A program made the translations under genes and the position numbers. A stretch of DNA of 64,000 bases, taken from the NCBI RefSeq assembly GCF_036321535.1, contig NC_087449.1, forward strand, positions 60,326,001 through 60,390,000, in the 5' to 3' direction. The notes below the pieces were generated by a model, which saw only the letters and a list, made by a program, of their open reading frames with translations, was not told the DNA's origin and did no database searches. Within the stretch, counting starts at the first letter, position 1. Each line of letters starts with the position of its first letter. Below are positions 49,006 through 59,947 of the stretch, one piece after another. Source of the stretch: Camelus dromedarius. Taxonomy: Eukaryota.

Positions 49006-49170
49006 GGGGGAATGGACGTTATAGCTCAGTGGTAGAGTTACTTCTTAGCATGCACAAGATCCTGGGTTCAATCCCCAGTACCTCCATAAAAAAATAATAA
49101 ATAAAGAACTAACTAACTAACTAACTAAATAAATAAAAATAAAACTGATTACCCCCTAAAAAAGAAAAAA
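49006..49170 (+). mobile_element. tRNA-derived SINE (vic-1 type) with (ACTA)n in tail
   Basis: tatagctcagtggtagag...cctgggttcaatccccagtacctcc; flanked by aaaagtga(g/c)tggg. Confidence 0.85.
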
Positions 49171-49217
49171 AAAGTGACTGGGCAATGTATATTTAACCAC
49201 AATTTAAAACCAAAGTT

Positions 49218-49345
49218 GGGGGGAGGGTATAGCTCAGTGGTAGAGTGTATGCCTAGCATGATTGAGGTCCTGGGTTCAATCCCCAGTACTTCCATTAAAA
49301 TAAATAAATAAACCTAATTACTCCCCCCAAAAAATGTTTTTTTTT
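49218..49345 (+). mobile_element. tRNA-derived SINE (vic-1 type)
   Basis: gggggagggtatagctcagtggtagag...ggttcaatccccagtac...aataaacctaattactcccccc. Confidence 0.85.
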
Positions 49346-49800
49346 AAGAAAAAAAATAGGTGGTCTCCTTCCTCAAAACCCATAACCCTGTTCGAAACAT
49401 GAAAGAAACATTGTGAAGATACAAACTGAAGGACATTCTAAAAAATATCTGCCCATACTCCTCACATTGTCAAGAACAGGAGAAACAAGGAAAGACTGAG
49501 AAACTGTCACAGTCTAGAGGAGGCTAAAGAGATGTGATGACTACNNNNNNNNNNNNNNNNNNNNNNNNNNNNNNNNNNNNNNNNNNNNNNNNNNNNNNNN
49601 NNNNNNNNNNNNNNNNNNNNNNNNNNNNNNNNNNNNNNNNNNNNNNNNNNNNNNNNNNNNNNNNNNNNNNNNNNNNNNNNNNNNNNNNNNNNNNNNNNNN
49701 NNNNNNNNNNNNNNNNNNNNNNNNNNNNNGAACTTGCTGTACTATCTTTGCACTTTTCAATAAATCTAAATTTATTCTAAATTTCAGAAAGTATTTTTTA
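49345..49800 (+). mobile_element. Old L1 (L1MB/MC-like) 3' fragment spanning an assembly gap
   Basis: aaaacccataacc...aaggaaagactgagaaactgtcacag...ctgtactatctttgcacttttc...aaatctaaa followed by an A tail. Confidence 0.6.
49545..49729. other. Assembly gap (N x185)
   Basis: Run of n. Confidence 1.
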
Positions 49801-49890
49801 AAAAAGTGAGTGGGGAGGACTCTCATTGGATGCCAGTGGAAGTAACAAGAACATCTCCCTAATCTGAAAATTGAAACTTAAAAGGAAATG

Positions 49891-50006
49891 GGGGGGGGGG
49901 GGGAATATAGTTCAGTGGTAGAGTGTATCACCAGTACCTCCATTTAAAAAAATAAACAAATAAACCTAATTACCTCCCCGCCAAAACAACAAGATAAAAA
50001 AAAAAA
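49891..50006 (+). mobile_element. Internally deleted vic-1-type SINE lacking the B box
   Basis: A box then directly caccagtacctcc; about 30 nt missing; TSD aaaaggaaatg at 49880-49890 and 50007-50017. Confidence 0.8.
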
Positions 50007-50029
50007 AAAAGGAAATGAACAATAGGAAG

Positions 50030-51700
50030 ACAATCACGTGTGCTAGTGAGGATCTGGAGAAGCTGGAACCCTCTTAGATTACTGGTGGGATTGTTAAATG
50101 GTGCAGTCACTTTGGGAAACAATTTGGCAGTTCCTCAAAATGTTAAAGATAGAGTTACCCCAAGACCCAGCCATTTCACTCTTCTGTATATACCGAAGCG
50201 TGAAAACATAGGTCCACACAAAACTTGTACCCAAATGTTCATAGCGTTGTTATTCATAATAGCAAAACTGAAAACAACTCAAATATTCATCAACAGATGA
50301 ATGGATACACCAAATGTGATATAGCTGTACAATGGAATATTATTTTACCACAAAAAAGAGTGAAGTACCGACACGTTACAACATGGATGAAGTTTAAAAT
50401 ATAAGGGAAAGAAGCCAGTTTTTAAAGTTAATACATTGCATGCTTCCATTTTATTATATGTCCAGAATAGGCACCAAGCCATAAAGACCAAAAGTAGATT
50501 AGTGGTTTTCAGGGTCTGGGGGAAGGGAGAAATGGGGAGTGACTATTAATATGTATGGGGTTTCTTTTTGGTGTGATGAAAATGCTCTGAAATTAGACAG
50601 CAGAGATGGTTGCCCAACTGTGAATATACTAATAACCACTGAGTTGTATACCTTAAAAGGGTGAATTGCATGGTATATGAATTATATCTCACTAAAGCTG
50701 TTATTCTAAAAAATGAGCTCTATCCTGTCTTCCCTGTATGAACTAATTTTCCAGGTAATCATATGGCCCTAGTTGATGAGGAAAAGCTCTTGTTTACAGA
50801 AGAATTCCAGCCAATAAATGTTGAAAGAATGATAGGGACAAAAATGCATCATTTTATAATCTATCATGAAATTATTGACTCAGACAAGCATCTTTAAAGG
50901 AAGAAACGGGGGAGAGTATATAGCTCAGTGGTAGAGTGCATGACTAGCATGCATAAGGTCCTGGGTTCAATCCCCAGTACCTCCACTAAAAAGAAAGAAA
51001 GAAAGAAAGAAAACCTAATTACCTCCTCCCCAAAATAATAAAAAAATTTAAAAAGGAAGAAATTATTGCATGGAAGATTGAGGAGGAAATTTCCAAAGAA
51101 GGAATTAGGCTGCTGCCACCAGAACTCACATATGTCTTAGCATCACTAAAGATGTCGTTTAGCACTCAGCAGCACCAAAGATGTATTCTTGAATCTACTC
51201 AGCCCTCTACGGCTATTTTACAGGAAATGAAGGACAAAGGAGCTAATCATATGACAGCACAAGGAAGCAAATAGAGAAATCCAGAAGGTGGGACATTCTA
51301 TAGGACAAGAGATCCCATCAATGAAATGGAACAAAAAAACAAAATAAACAAACCAAAAAAAAAAAAAAAAAGGAGAAAGGATTATTTTGGAATAAAAGTG
51401 ACTCAAAGGCAAAACAAACAAAACCCCACCAAACTTCCCACCCAGTTGTCACTGCGATGAGAGGATTTTATCCCAATGTAATCCTGATGTAAACAAAAAG
51501 ACATTTCGAGAAAATTAGGGAAATTTGATTATGGTAGGATATTAAATGATTCCAAAGAATATTCATTTTGTTAGGCATGGTCAAGGTAGTGCAGAAATGA
51601 AGGTCATTGTTTTAAGAGTTGCACAATGAAATATACAAAGATGGGATGACTTATCTGGGATTTGTTTTAAAACACTTCAGAAATCAAAAAAAAAAAAAAA
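50030..51700 (+). mobile_element. L1M 3' fragments (interrupted by a SINE)
   Basis: gaggatctggagaagctggaaccctc...tggtgcagtcactttgggaaac...ccacacaaaaacttgtacccaaatgttcatagc and later L1MC-like 3'UTR text. Confidence 0.65.
50908..51051 (+). mobile_element. tRNA-derived SINE (vic-1 type)
   Basis: Full A/B boxes, (GAAA)n tail, acctaattacctcc motif; TSD aaaggaagaaa. Confidence 0.85.
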
Positions 51701-52704
51701 AAAGGAAGGGTATCTTAAGTACATTTAGCAAAGCTTAGCTGTTGAATCTGAATGACAGGCAACTAGAAAATATTTCATTATTTTAGCTACTCTTGTGTCT
51801 AGGTTAAAAAGTTCAAAATGGAAAGGAATATAAAAGTGAATGTCAAGGACGTGTGCCAAGGATGTCTGTGAAAAGCAAAGAAAACCATTACATGACAGGT
51901 GAGCAGAGGGGGAAAAAAGCCTTTATAAATTAACATACTGTTATAAAATTTGTGATTTTCAATATGCTTGTAATCAAGTTGATAAACTAAATTGTATGAA
52001 CAGATATATGTCAGTTTATCTGCTGTGCTTCAAATTTATATCCACAAGTTGGCCAACCACTTTAAAAGTCTCCTTGTTGGGAAAATCGAAGTAGCCCACA
52101 TATGAATAGTGACTGAGCTTTAGAGTAGGGGGTGGATGAGGTTTAGGCTGAGAAGGTCCAGAGATAGTGAAGGGCCCTGTGTGTCTGCTGATCGTTAAGC
52201 TGGGACTGGGAGTGGGGATGGGGGAAAAGAAACTCGTTAATAACAGCCCCTAGTGAGAAACCAGGCAAGTCAATCCTCCACCTATTCAATCAACACACGT
52301 ATACTTAGCTCCTGCCTTGTCTCAACACCTAGCCCAAATTTTTGGATTTCTTTGTTTCGATTACTTTAAGGAGTTTCTGGCATCTCGACATCATTTAATG
52401 AAGACCACTGCTGGGTCCAGATTTCATTCAACCAACTGTGCTCTTTAGGACCATTCTCAACTGGTTAGTTAAAACTCCAAAATCTTCTCTGTAACGTGCA
52501 TTTATATTGATAAATTTAGCCAAGACTAATGTAATCTTCCTTCTTCCTTGACCTAACACCTTTAGAATCCAGTTAACACCTCTAATCCCTAGGTTTCAGC
52601 TAATTTATTAGCTAAGGCTCTCACTCTCTCCCTCTGTTTCTCTTTCTCTTTTTTTCCCTTCCTCCCTCCTTCCTTCCTTCCTCCTACTCTCCATCTCTTC
52701 CTTT

Positions 52705-52989
52705 NNNNNNNNNNNNNNNNNNNNNNNNNNNNNNNNNNNNNNNNNNNNNNNNNNNNNNNNNNNNNNNNNNNNNNNNNNNNNNNNNNNNNNNNNNNNNNNN
52801 NNNNNNNNNNNNNNNNNNNNNNNNNNNNNNNNNNNNNNNNNNNNNNNNNNNNNNNNNNNNNNNNNNNNNNNNNNNNNNNNNNNNNNNNNNNNNNNNNNNN
52901 NNNNNNNNNNNNNNNNNNNNNNNNNNNNNNNNNNNNNNNNNNNNNNNNNNNNNNNNNNNNNNNNNNNNNNNNNNNNNNNNNNNNNNNNN
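52705..52989. other. Assembly gap (N x285)
   Basis: Run of n following a CT-rich low-complexity tract. Confidence 1.
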
Positions 52990-53521
52990 GTCAGACTTTG
53001 TTCTTGTTCCCTGGGGCATTATGGAATTGGACTCTCCATATATATCAGGAGATAAAAGAAGGGGGAGTGACCTCTGAGAGGAACCAGCATCTTCTTGCAA
53101 AATAAATTCCTCTTATGAGGTTATCACATGGTCTCTGGTAAAGTAGAATCGGCCTCATTTGATGGGAGGAGGGGCAGCCTCTGTTGGCAAAGGAGTTTCA
53201 TTGAATTTTGAATTTTGGGAGTTAGGGGAACTCAGTCATCTGCATCCACCCAAACACCCTCATTTTGATTCCTAAGTGCCACTTGTTCCCATTCAGTGCA
53301 CCTGGCCAGGATGTTAATACAACTTATATTGCAGTTATATTACAATCTAGCAACCCACAGGACTAACTCTGTCCAATTTTTGACTATATAAGCCCTTTGG
53401 CAACAAGAGATAAGAAAAAAATTTAAAGTTGTCAGGAATGTCCCCATCTTGAGCAAAGGATTTATTTCTTTCTTGAAAGTCTTCAGTGTAATTATGAATA
53501 GCCAGTCCACCCCACAGTCCT

Positions 53522-53650
53522 GTTTTCTTTTGTTTTGTTTTTTGGGGAGCAGGTAATTAGGTTTATTTAGTTTTTAATGGAGGCATTAGAGACCCAGGAC
53601 CTCATGCATGCTAAGCAAGCACTCTACCAATTGAGCTATACCCTCCCCCC
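53522..53650 (-). mobile_element. tRNA-derived SINE (vic-1 type)
   Basis: Reverse-strand copy; TSD accccacagtcct at 53509-53521 and 53653-53665. Confidence 0.85.
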
Positions 53651-53914
53651 AAACCCCACAGTCCTTATCGTCCTCACTCCCAACATAATGGTCAACTACA
53701 GCAACTACTCCATCCACTAAAGCCTTACCTTCATTAGGCACTTTCCTCTAGTCAACAATACTTATTGTGATAAGTGATAATTTATGTTAACTACTTTTTT
53801 CCTGAATGAAATAGACTAGATCTGCATAGCCTTCAAATTTAATGGCCTGATTTCCATCTTTGAGGGTTGTTTCCTGCGGAAATAGAAACCTCACTGGGCT
53901 TTCTCTTTAATTAA

Positions 53915-54115
53915 ACTTTTTATTTTGAAATAATTGTAAGTTTGCATGCAATTATAAGAAATACAGAGCAATTTCACCTCCCTCCCCATCCTTTCCCCAG
54001 TTTCCCCCAATGGTAACATCTTGCAAAATTATCATACCATATCACAACTAGGATATTTATATTGATAGAGTCAAGGTACAGAACATTTCCATCACCACAA
54101 GGATCCCTCATGTTT
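53915..54115 (-). mobile_element. L1M 3' end fragment
   Basis: actttttattttgaaataattgtaag...cccaatggtaacatcttgcaaaatt...aacatttccatcaccacaaggatccctcatg. Confidence 0.6.
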
Positions 54116-54869
54116 TCTAGGTTCATTTTAATTAGAAATGGATTAAATACACAGAATTTAGTGTTTATAAAAATTATTGGAGGGGCTGAAAGAATGGTCT
54201 TTAGACTGTGCTTCTAGTAACGCCTCTCAGAATACTATAGAGTTCACCAATCAGGACCTCTTACTTCTGCCACCATCAGAAAGACGGGGAATCAAGAGGT
54301 TGTGGCGGGAGTGTTGTTAAAATTACGGATCATGAAAAATAAACAGGAGCAGAAGAAAAGACGGGAGAAAGCCCACGAACTATTAGGAAGTAGAGAAGTC
54401 AATGGCCTGGAGGTGCGGAAAAGTTGGAAAGAGGCCACAGAGGGGCTGGTCAAGTCTACAGGCTGCCTCTTTCCAGGCACATTGACACCCAGGCTAATCC
54501 TGGATCTGCCCTAAATAGGAAAGGGGGTGATGGCTGGCTCAGAAGGTAGAAAAACATAATCAACGTTCTGCAGCTTTGGTGCCACAACTAGGTTCACATC
54601 TCTACTCCACCACTTGTAAGATGCGGGACAAAGGACAATTCATATACCTTGAGATTCTGTTTTCCCTTTTTCAAAAGGGGGAGGAGAATATTATGCTGGT
54701 GAGAGGATTTAATGAGATAATGCACGTAAAGCGCTTCACTGTCTGGCATAGTGTAAGCGCTGAACACGCAAAAGCTGTTACTGCTACGCTCGGAACAGAA
54801 AACCAAAGAAGGATTACAAGGAGGACAACTCTAAGTGCAGAAGTACTGTATTACAGAACTTCTGGATAA

Positions 54870-55520
54870 CTAGGCGCATGCGCCTGCTCACGAGGGTCAG
54901 CTACCGCGGACTCTGCGCATGCGCCGGAAGTTGCTNNNNNNNNNNNNNNNNNNNNNNNNNNNNNNNNNNNNNNNNNNNNNNNNNNNNNNNNNNNNNNNNN
55001 NNNNNNNNNNNNNNNNNNNNNNNNNNNNNNNNNNNNNNNNNNNNNNNNNNNNNNNNNNNNNNNNNNNNNNNNNNNNNNNNNNNCACCCGGGGCGGGGGGA
55101 GTCCCAGGAGTCGGGCGGGGACGGCGGAGGATGGGGCGCGGCGGGACGGCGGGGGACGGTTGTGTGGGGGAGGGGAGGGAAGTGGACTGGGAAGGGAACC
55201 CGGACTGAGGGGATCTGAGGGGATCCCGCAGGACCGGAGGGTGCGGGGCAGATGGGCGGGGGGCGTCGCCCTACGAGCGGGCGGGGAGTGGGCGGGCGGA
55301 CTCGACCTGCAGTCCCGGCAAGCGAGCGCGAGTAGCCTCTGGGCTGGGTGACACCCCAGCTGGTAGCATCTCCGCCCCCGCCGCCCGGCTGTCACCGCCC
55401 CTTGACCCCGCGCGCCGCGGCGGGTGGGCGTTCTGCCGCCGCGAGGTGGCGGGGTGCCGGGGCAGCTCACTTTGGCCGGCGGGGCTAGAGGGCACAGTCT
55501 GCCAAGGCCTAGGAGATGCT
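54870..55520 (+). promoter_or_regulatory. CpG-island promoter, probably ZBTB17 (MIZ-1); two NRF1 motifs (GCGCATGCGC 54874-54883, 54915-54924) and an ETS motif (CCGGAAGT 54924-54931)
   Basis: Motifs read directly; CpG-rich both sides of the 54936-55083 gap. The gene identity is inferred from conserved synteny (ZBTB17 follows SRARP); no ZBTB17 coding sequence is in the window. Confidence 0.7.
54936..55083. other. Assembly gap (N x148) inside the CpG island, probably hiding ZBTB17 exon 1
   Basis: Run of n between the NRF1/ETS motifs and G-rich intron-like sequence. Confidence 0.95.
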
Positions 55521-55619
55521 GGCCGAATAGGAGGCCGACTCTGTCCCGGTGTATTATTTCATTCATTCATTCGTTCCACAGTTCAGAATCTGATAGGTTC
55601 TGAGGATACAGCGAGTGAT

Positions 55620-55870
55620 CCGGTAGCTTGAGTGGTTGAAAGTGTAAACTGTGGAGCCTGGCAGTCGGGGTTTGAATCCCGACTCTGTGCTTGCCAGCTG
55701 TGTCCTTCGGCAAGTTAGTTTCTCGCTTTCTGCTTCAGTTTCCTTATCCTTAAAGCAAAGATGAGAATAAAATCTGCCTCTTAAGATTGTTACAAAGATT
55801 AAATGAGGTAGTAGGTATAAAGTCCTGAGAACGCTTTCTGGCACAAAGTAAATGTTGTTATGTATTTGTT
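55620..55870 (+). mobile_element. MIR SINE
   Basis: gtggttgaaagtgtaaactgtggagcc...ggtttgaatccc...agctgtgtccttcggcaagtta...attaaatgagg...tctggcacaaagtaaatg. Confidence 0.65.
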
Positions 55871-56049
55871 GCTGTTATTTTTCGTATCATCAACAACCTC
55901 CAGAGCTCAGAGACTCATATGGGAGACATACAGAGATGGAGGCAATTCTGATATGATGGAAGAAAAGCAGAAAAGTTCTTGCTCTGAAACACTGAGTAGA
56001 GGCACCTCACCCAGTCTAGGTGAATCTTTGAAGGCTTCTTCCCCCTAGG

Positions 56050-56770
56050 AAGCTGAGATCTGAGGATGCTTGGGGAGTGGTGGCTGGAAAAGGGGAGAGT
56101 ATTCTCAGTTGGAGATAGAGTTTGTGGGAAAGCTAGGGAGCCAGTTTAATATTAAATTAAGTTCTCTACATGGAGACAGATGAGAGGTAAGACTAAAGAA
56201 GCAGTCTGTGGTCTGGTCCTAGGGGGCCTTTTAAACCTAGCTGTGGATTTTAAATTTTAGGTTAATAGGAAGGCATTTAAGAATCAGATTGGTGGATTAA
56301 AAAGATCACTCTAGCTATGTGAAGAATATATTAAAGGGAGTGGGCCTGGAGGCCACTTAAGAGGCTAGTAGAACTATCCAGGTGAGAAATGAGGGTGGCC
56401 TTGAGTTAGATTAGAGGTAGAGGATGGGGAGAGATGTTTTGGAGGTAGAATTGACCAAAGCTGGTGATTACTTAGATGAGGGAGTTAGAGGCAGGGAGGG
56501 CTCAGGGTTGACTCCCAAGTTTTTGACTGGTGGGTGGTAATGCTGCCCAGTGGGCTAGGGAACAGGATGGTGAGCAGGTTTGAGGAGGGAAGATAAATTT
56601 AGTTTTGAATATGATGAAAGTAGGTGCCTGTAAAACATTCAAGTGGAGCTGCCAGTGGTGATCTAGCAGTTGTCATCCATCAGAGGTCACTAAAGTTGTG
56701 GGAGGGCATGTGTCACCTAGGGCAAGGGTCTGGAATGAGAAGCATGGTGTCCAGGACATCCTAGAAGAAT
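56050..56770 (-). mobile_element. L2 LINE remnant
   Basis: aagatcactctagctatgtg...ccaggtgagaaatgagggtggccttg...agtttttgactgg...tttagttttgaatatg. Confidence 0.5.
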
Positions 56771-57090
56771 GTCAGTGCTGTAATAATATTCAGGCATAGC
56801 TTCATTGCTTGTGCTTATCAACCTTATGTTATGTCTTTCGGTCAGCAGGCATTCCTAAGTGTAGGGAGTGGGACTGGGTTTATTCATCTTTGTGTTCCAG
56901 GGTCCAGCACAGTGTCTGGCATGCAGCAGTAATGTTCCAATTTAACCTTTACTGAGGACTTACTTTGTACCAGGCTCTGTGCTCAGGGCTCTGCATTTGC
57001 CTGTGTCTGATGGATGATTGAAAGGGCAGCTCTTAGGGAGCAGGTACCCTATGGGTTCTCATTAGATTTTCCACTTGGTCTTTGATTCAG

Positions 57091-57177
57091 GTAATGAGCT
57101 GGAGGAGGAGAGCCAAGCTGGAGTTTACGCAGACAAACTGTCAGAAAAGAGTAGCCTGGGCTACTTGGAAATCTGAG
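57091..57177 (+). other. ZBTB17: Probable non-coding 5'UTR exon 2 of ZBTB17 (87 nt)
   Basis: Acceptor tctttgattcag| and donor GAG|gtatgt bracket 87 nt about 2 kb after the CpG island; size and position agree with my recollection of the human ZBTB17 5'UTR exon. Confidence 0.5.
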
Positions 57178-57409
57178 GTATGTCTGTAATGCTCAAAGAT
57201 GAAACAAACCAGGTCAGTTTGTTTGTCCTTCTTCTCTGGACTCAACGTGATTCAAATCACCTTCTCAAGATAGCTTTTTCTTTACAATTATATAGTAATG
57301 ACAAAATTCTAGTTATTTTGGTTGGGAAATTGTTGATAATACTATTGTCGTTTTACCAACAAAGATCAGGCTAGGTTAATCACTGGGCAGTGCTCACACA
57401 TTCTTTTAA

Positions 57410-57710
57410 GTACAACCTAAAATGCTCCAACAGAGTAATCCCAAAATACAGTGGCTGAAAGGAAATAGAAGTTTATTCCTTGCCCCTTCACAGTCTGGAA
57501 GTAGGCAGTCCAGAGCTGGTAGGGCAGCTCTGTTCATGAAGTCATCCAGGAACAGGGTTCCATTGATCATGTGGCTCTCCTTGCTCAAACCCAGGCTTCC
57601 ATCTCATGGACTAAGCTGGCTGCTCAGGCTCCTACCATTGCATATGCACTCCATCTGGCAGAAAGGGAAAGACAGAGTGGGGAGCACAAGCTCATTCCTT
57701 TTAAGGTTCT
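57410..57710. mobile_element. Old MLT1 (MaLR) LTR remnant
   Basis: cccaaaatacagtggctgaaagg...agtttatt...ggcagtccagagctggt...gtcatccagg resembles MLT1J/K-type LTRs. Confidence 0.5.
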
Positions 57711-58567
57711 AATGTTTAAAGATACATAAAGATACAACATTTCCCCCAATATAAGCATCTGATGTAGAACCAAAGAAGGAATTACGACTGTTCCAATCTT
57801 GCAGGGAAAGCTGGCTAAGAGAACTTGCTCTGTCGCCAGTGTGACTGGGTTGCTGATATTGGGGGTTGGGCCCACCCTGAGGGGAAGTCCACTGCTTTGG
57901 TGAAAGAGGGTGAAGGGTGCTCCCGAGGCCTCTGGCTTCCCAAGGCAGGCTACTCCAGCTTTGAGCAGTTCATGTTGCTTGGGCCCAAGGAGTCCAGGCT
58001 TGTTTATGCATTCAGTGTTTTCTGTGCCCAGTGTTTCAGACACTGTGCTGGGGGCTAGGGCTTTGGAGATGAGTGAGACTGGCTCCTGGGAGCAAGGAGC
58101 TCTTAGCCATATGGGTAATCACAGTACAACAGAGGAAACACCACAGAGATCATTTCAAAAGTGGTGCACAGAAGGAGGATGCCTGACATGGGAATGCTCA
58201 ACCAAGGTGGTGAAGATTTAGAGCACATGATGTTTTGGGTTGATAACTGTAAAGGTCCCCTCAGATAGATGCAGCAGGGACTCTGGAGTTGGGCGTGAAT
58301 GGTTTGTGGCTCTTTGTTCTGAAGGCCAGTTACACTTCATTGCTGCACCTTGGTTTCCTCATCTGTAAAACAGGGATAACAATATATTTCAGAGAATTGT
58401 TTTGAGAATTATGTGAGATCAAGCACGTGGTTCACAGGGTCTGCTGTGTACGTGTTAGTTGCCTCCTGCTGCAAGGTGTGTGATGGTTTGAAGGCCGAGA
58501 GGCCAGTTAGGACTATAATGGAAGAAGGCCTAAACTGATGGAGAAGCCAGGTTGCTGTCTGTCCCTC

Positions 58568-59090
58568 CTTTTTTTTTAAATTGAAGTATAGTCAGTTTAC
58601 AGTGTGTCAGTTTCTGGTGTACAGCATAATGTTTCAGTCAAACATATACATACATATATTTGTTTTCATATTCTTTTTCATTATTAGTTTACTGCAAGAC
58701 AATGAATATAGTTCCCTGTGCTCTACAGAAGAAACTTTTTTATCTAATTTATATTTAGTAGTTAATATCCACACATTTCAAACTCCCAGTTTATCCCTTC
58801 CCACCCCCTTTCCCCCTGGTAACCATAAGTTTGTTTACTGTGTCTGTGTGTGTTTCTGTTTTGTAGATAAGTTCATTAGTGTCTTTTTTCTTTTTTTTTT
58901 AGTTTCCACATGTGAGTGATAGCATATGATATTCTTCTTTCTCTTTCTTGCTTACTTCACATAGAATGATGATCTCCAAGTCCATCCATGTTACTGCAAT
59001 TGGCATTATTTTTTATGACTGAGTAGTATTCCATTGTATGAATATACCACAGCTTCTTTATCTAGTCATCTGTTGATGGTCATTTAGGTG
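58568..59090 (-). mobile_element. 5'-truncated lineage-specific L1 3' end with TSD
   Basis: Poly-T then aattgaagtatagtcagtttac...tccatccatgtt...gagtagtattccattgtatg...tgttgatgg; TSD tgtctgtccctc at 58556-58567 and 59092-59103. Confidence 0.8.
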
Positions 59091-59756
59091 GTGTCTGTCC
59101 CTCTTGAGATGGGAATTATCCAGGTTGTACGTAGAGGATCAAGGACTTCTGTGCACCCTCCCTGCTTTTGTCAGAAGTTCCACCAAGCTTTCTAATTAAA
59201 GTTGTCAATCTGTGGATTCTCAGAGAGCATATTCTGAAAGGTCTGGTGAGGGGTCCCTTGGGAAGGGAAGGATTCTCTCTGCCTATTTAATTCCTTCAAA
59301 TTCAAGTGCTTCTGGGAAGCCTTCTCAGTCCCCAACCTCAGCTGAGTTTGTAGCCCCTCCTCTGATTTCTTAGCATCCTGCACTGATCTCTCAGTGCATT
59401 CTCACCTCATGTGATGGTTGTAGTTTTCCTTGTCTGTCTCCCTGTGAGACCACCAGCAGCTCACGTGCGGGGACAGGGTCTTGTTTCTCCTGGTATTCCC
59501 ACTGTGCAGGTTATTTCCTGGCACGTAGCTGGTGCTCGTAGACGTTGTTGGGTGAATGGATGATCAGCCAGTGGGGCTGGAGAGAATGCCATTGTGATGA
59601 GGGGTTGACTTGCTGTTGATTAAAGAGAAGTTGTCCACCTCTCTTCAATCGATAACATAGTGGTTTATTTGGTATCTGTAATATGGGATGTGGACATGGT
59701 GAACTGTGGCCTAAACTATGAGAGGTCAGGATGGTTTCTCTTTCTTTTTCCAGTAG

Positions 59757-59947
59757 AGCAGGATTTCTCAGCCTTGACGTTACTGCCATTTGGGGCTGGG
59801 TGAGTCTTTGTTGTGGGGGCGTCCTGTGCACTTCAGCATACGGACTAGCATTCCTGGCCTCTGCCCATAGACGCCAGTAGCCCCCACCTACCTCCTTCTG
59901 TGACAACTGAAAATGTCAAAGTTGTCCCCAGCTCAGAACCCCTGCAG
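59757..59947. mobile_element. MER20-like hAT transposon
   Basis: caggatttctcagccttgac...tttggggctgggtgagtctttgttgtggggg...ggcctctgcccatagacgccagtagc...gtgacaactgaaaatgtc. Confidence 0.75.

Noticed and set aside
39934-53650. tRNA-like A/B-box sequences
   Set aside because: They have A-rich tails and TSDs and lack a full cloverleaf, so they are SINEs rather than tRNA genes.
54302-54514. 70-aa Lys/Glu-rich ORF upstream of the ZBTB17 CpG island, possible processed pseudogene
   Set aside because: No ATG start, no poly(A) or TSD, and no family I can recognise; a BLAST search would be needed.
49524-55566. ORFs spanning N runs
   Set aside because: Artefacts of translating through assembly gaps.
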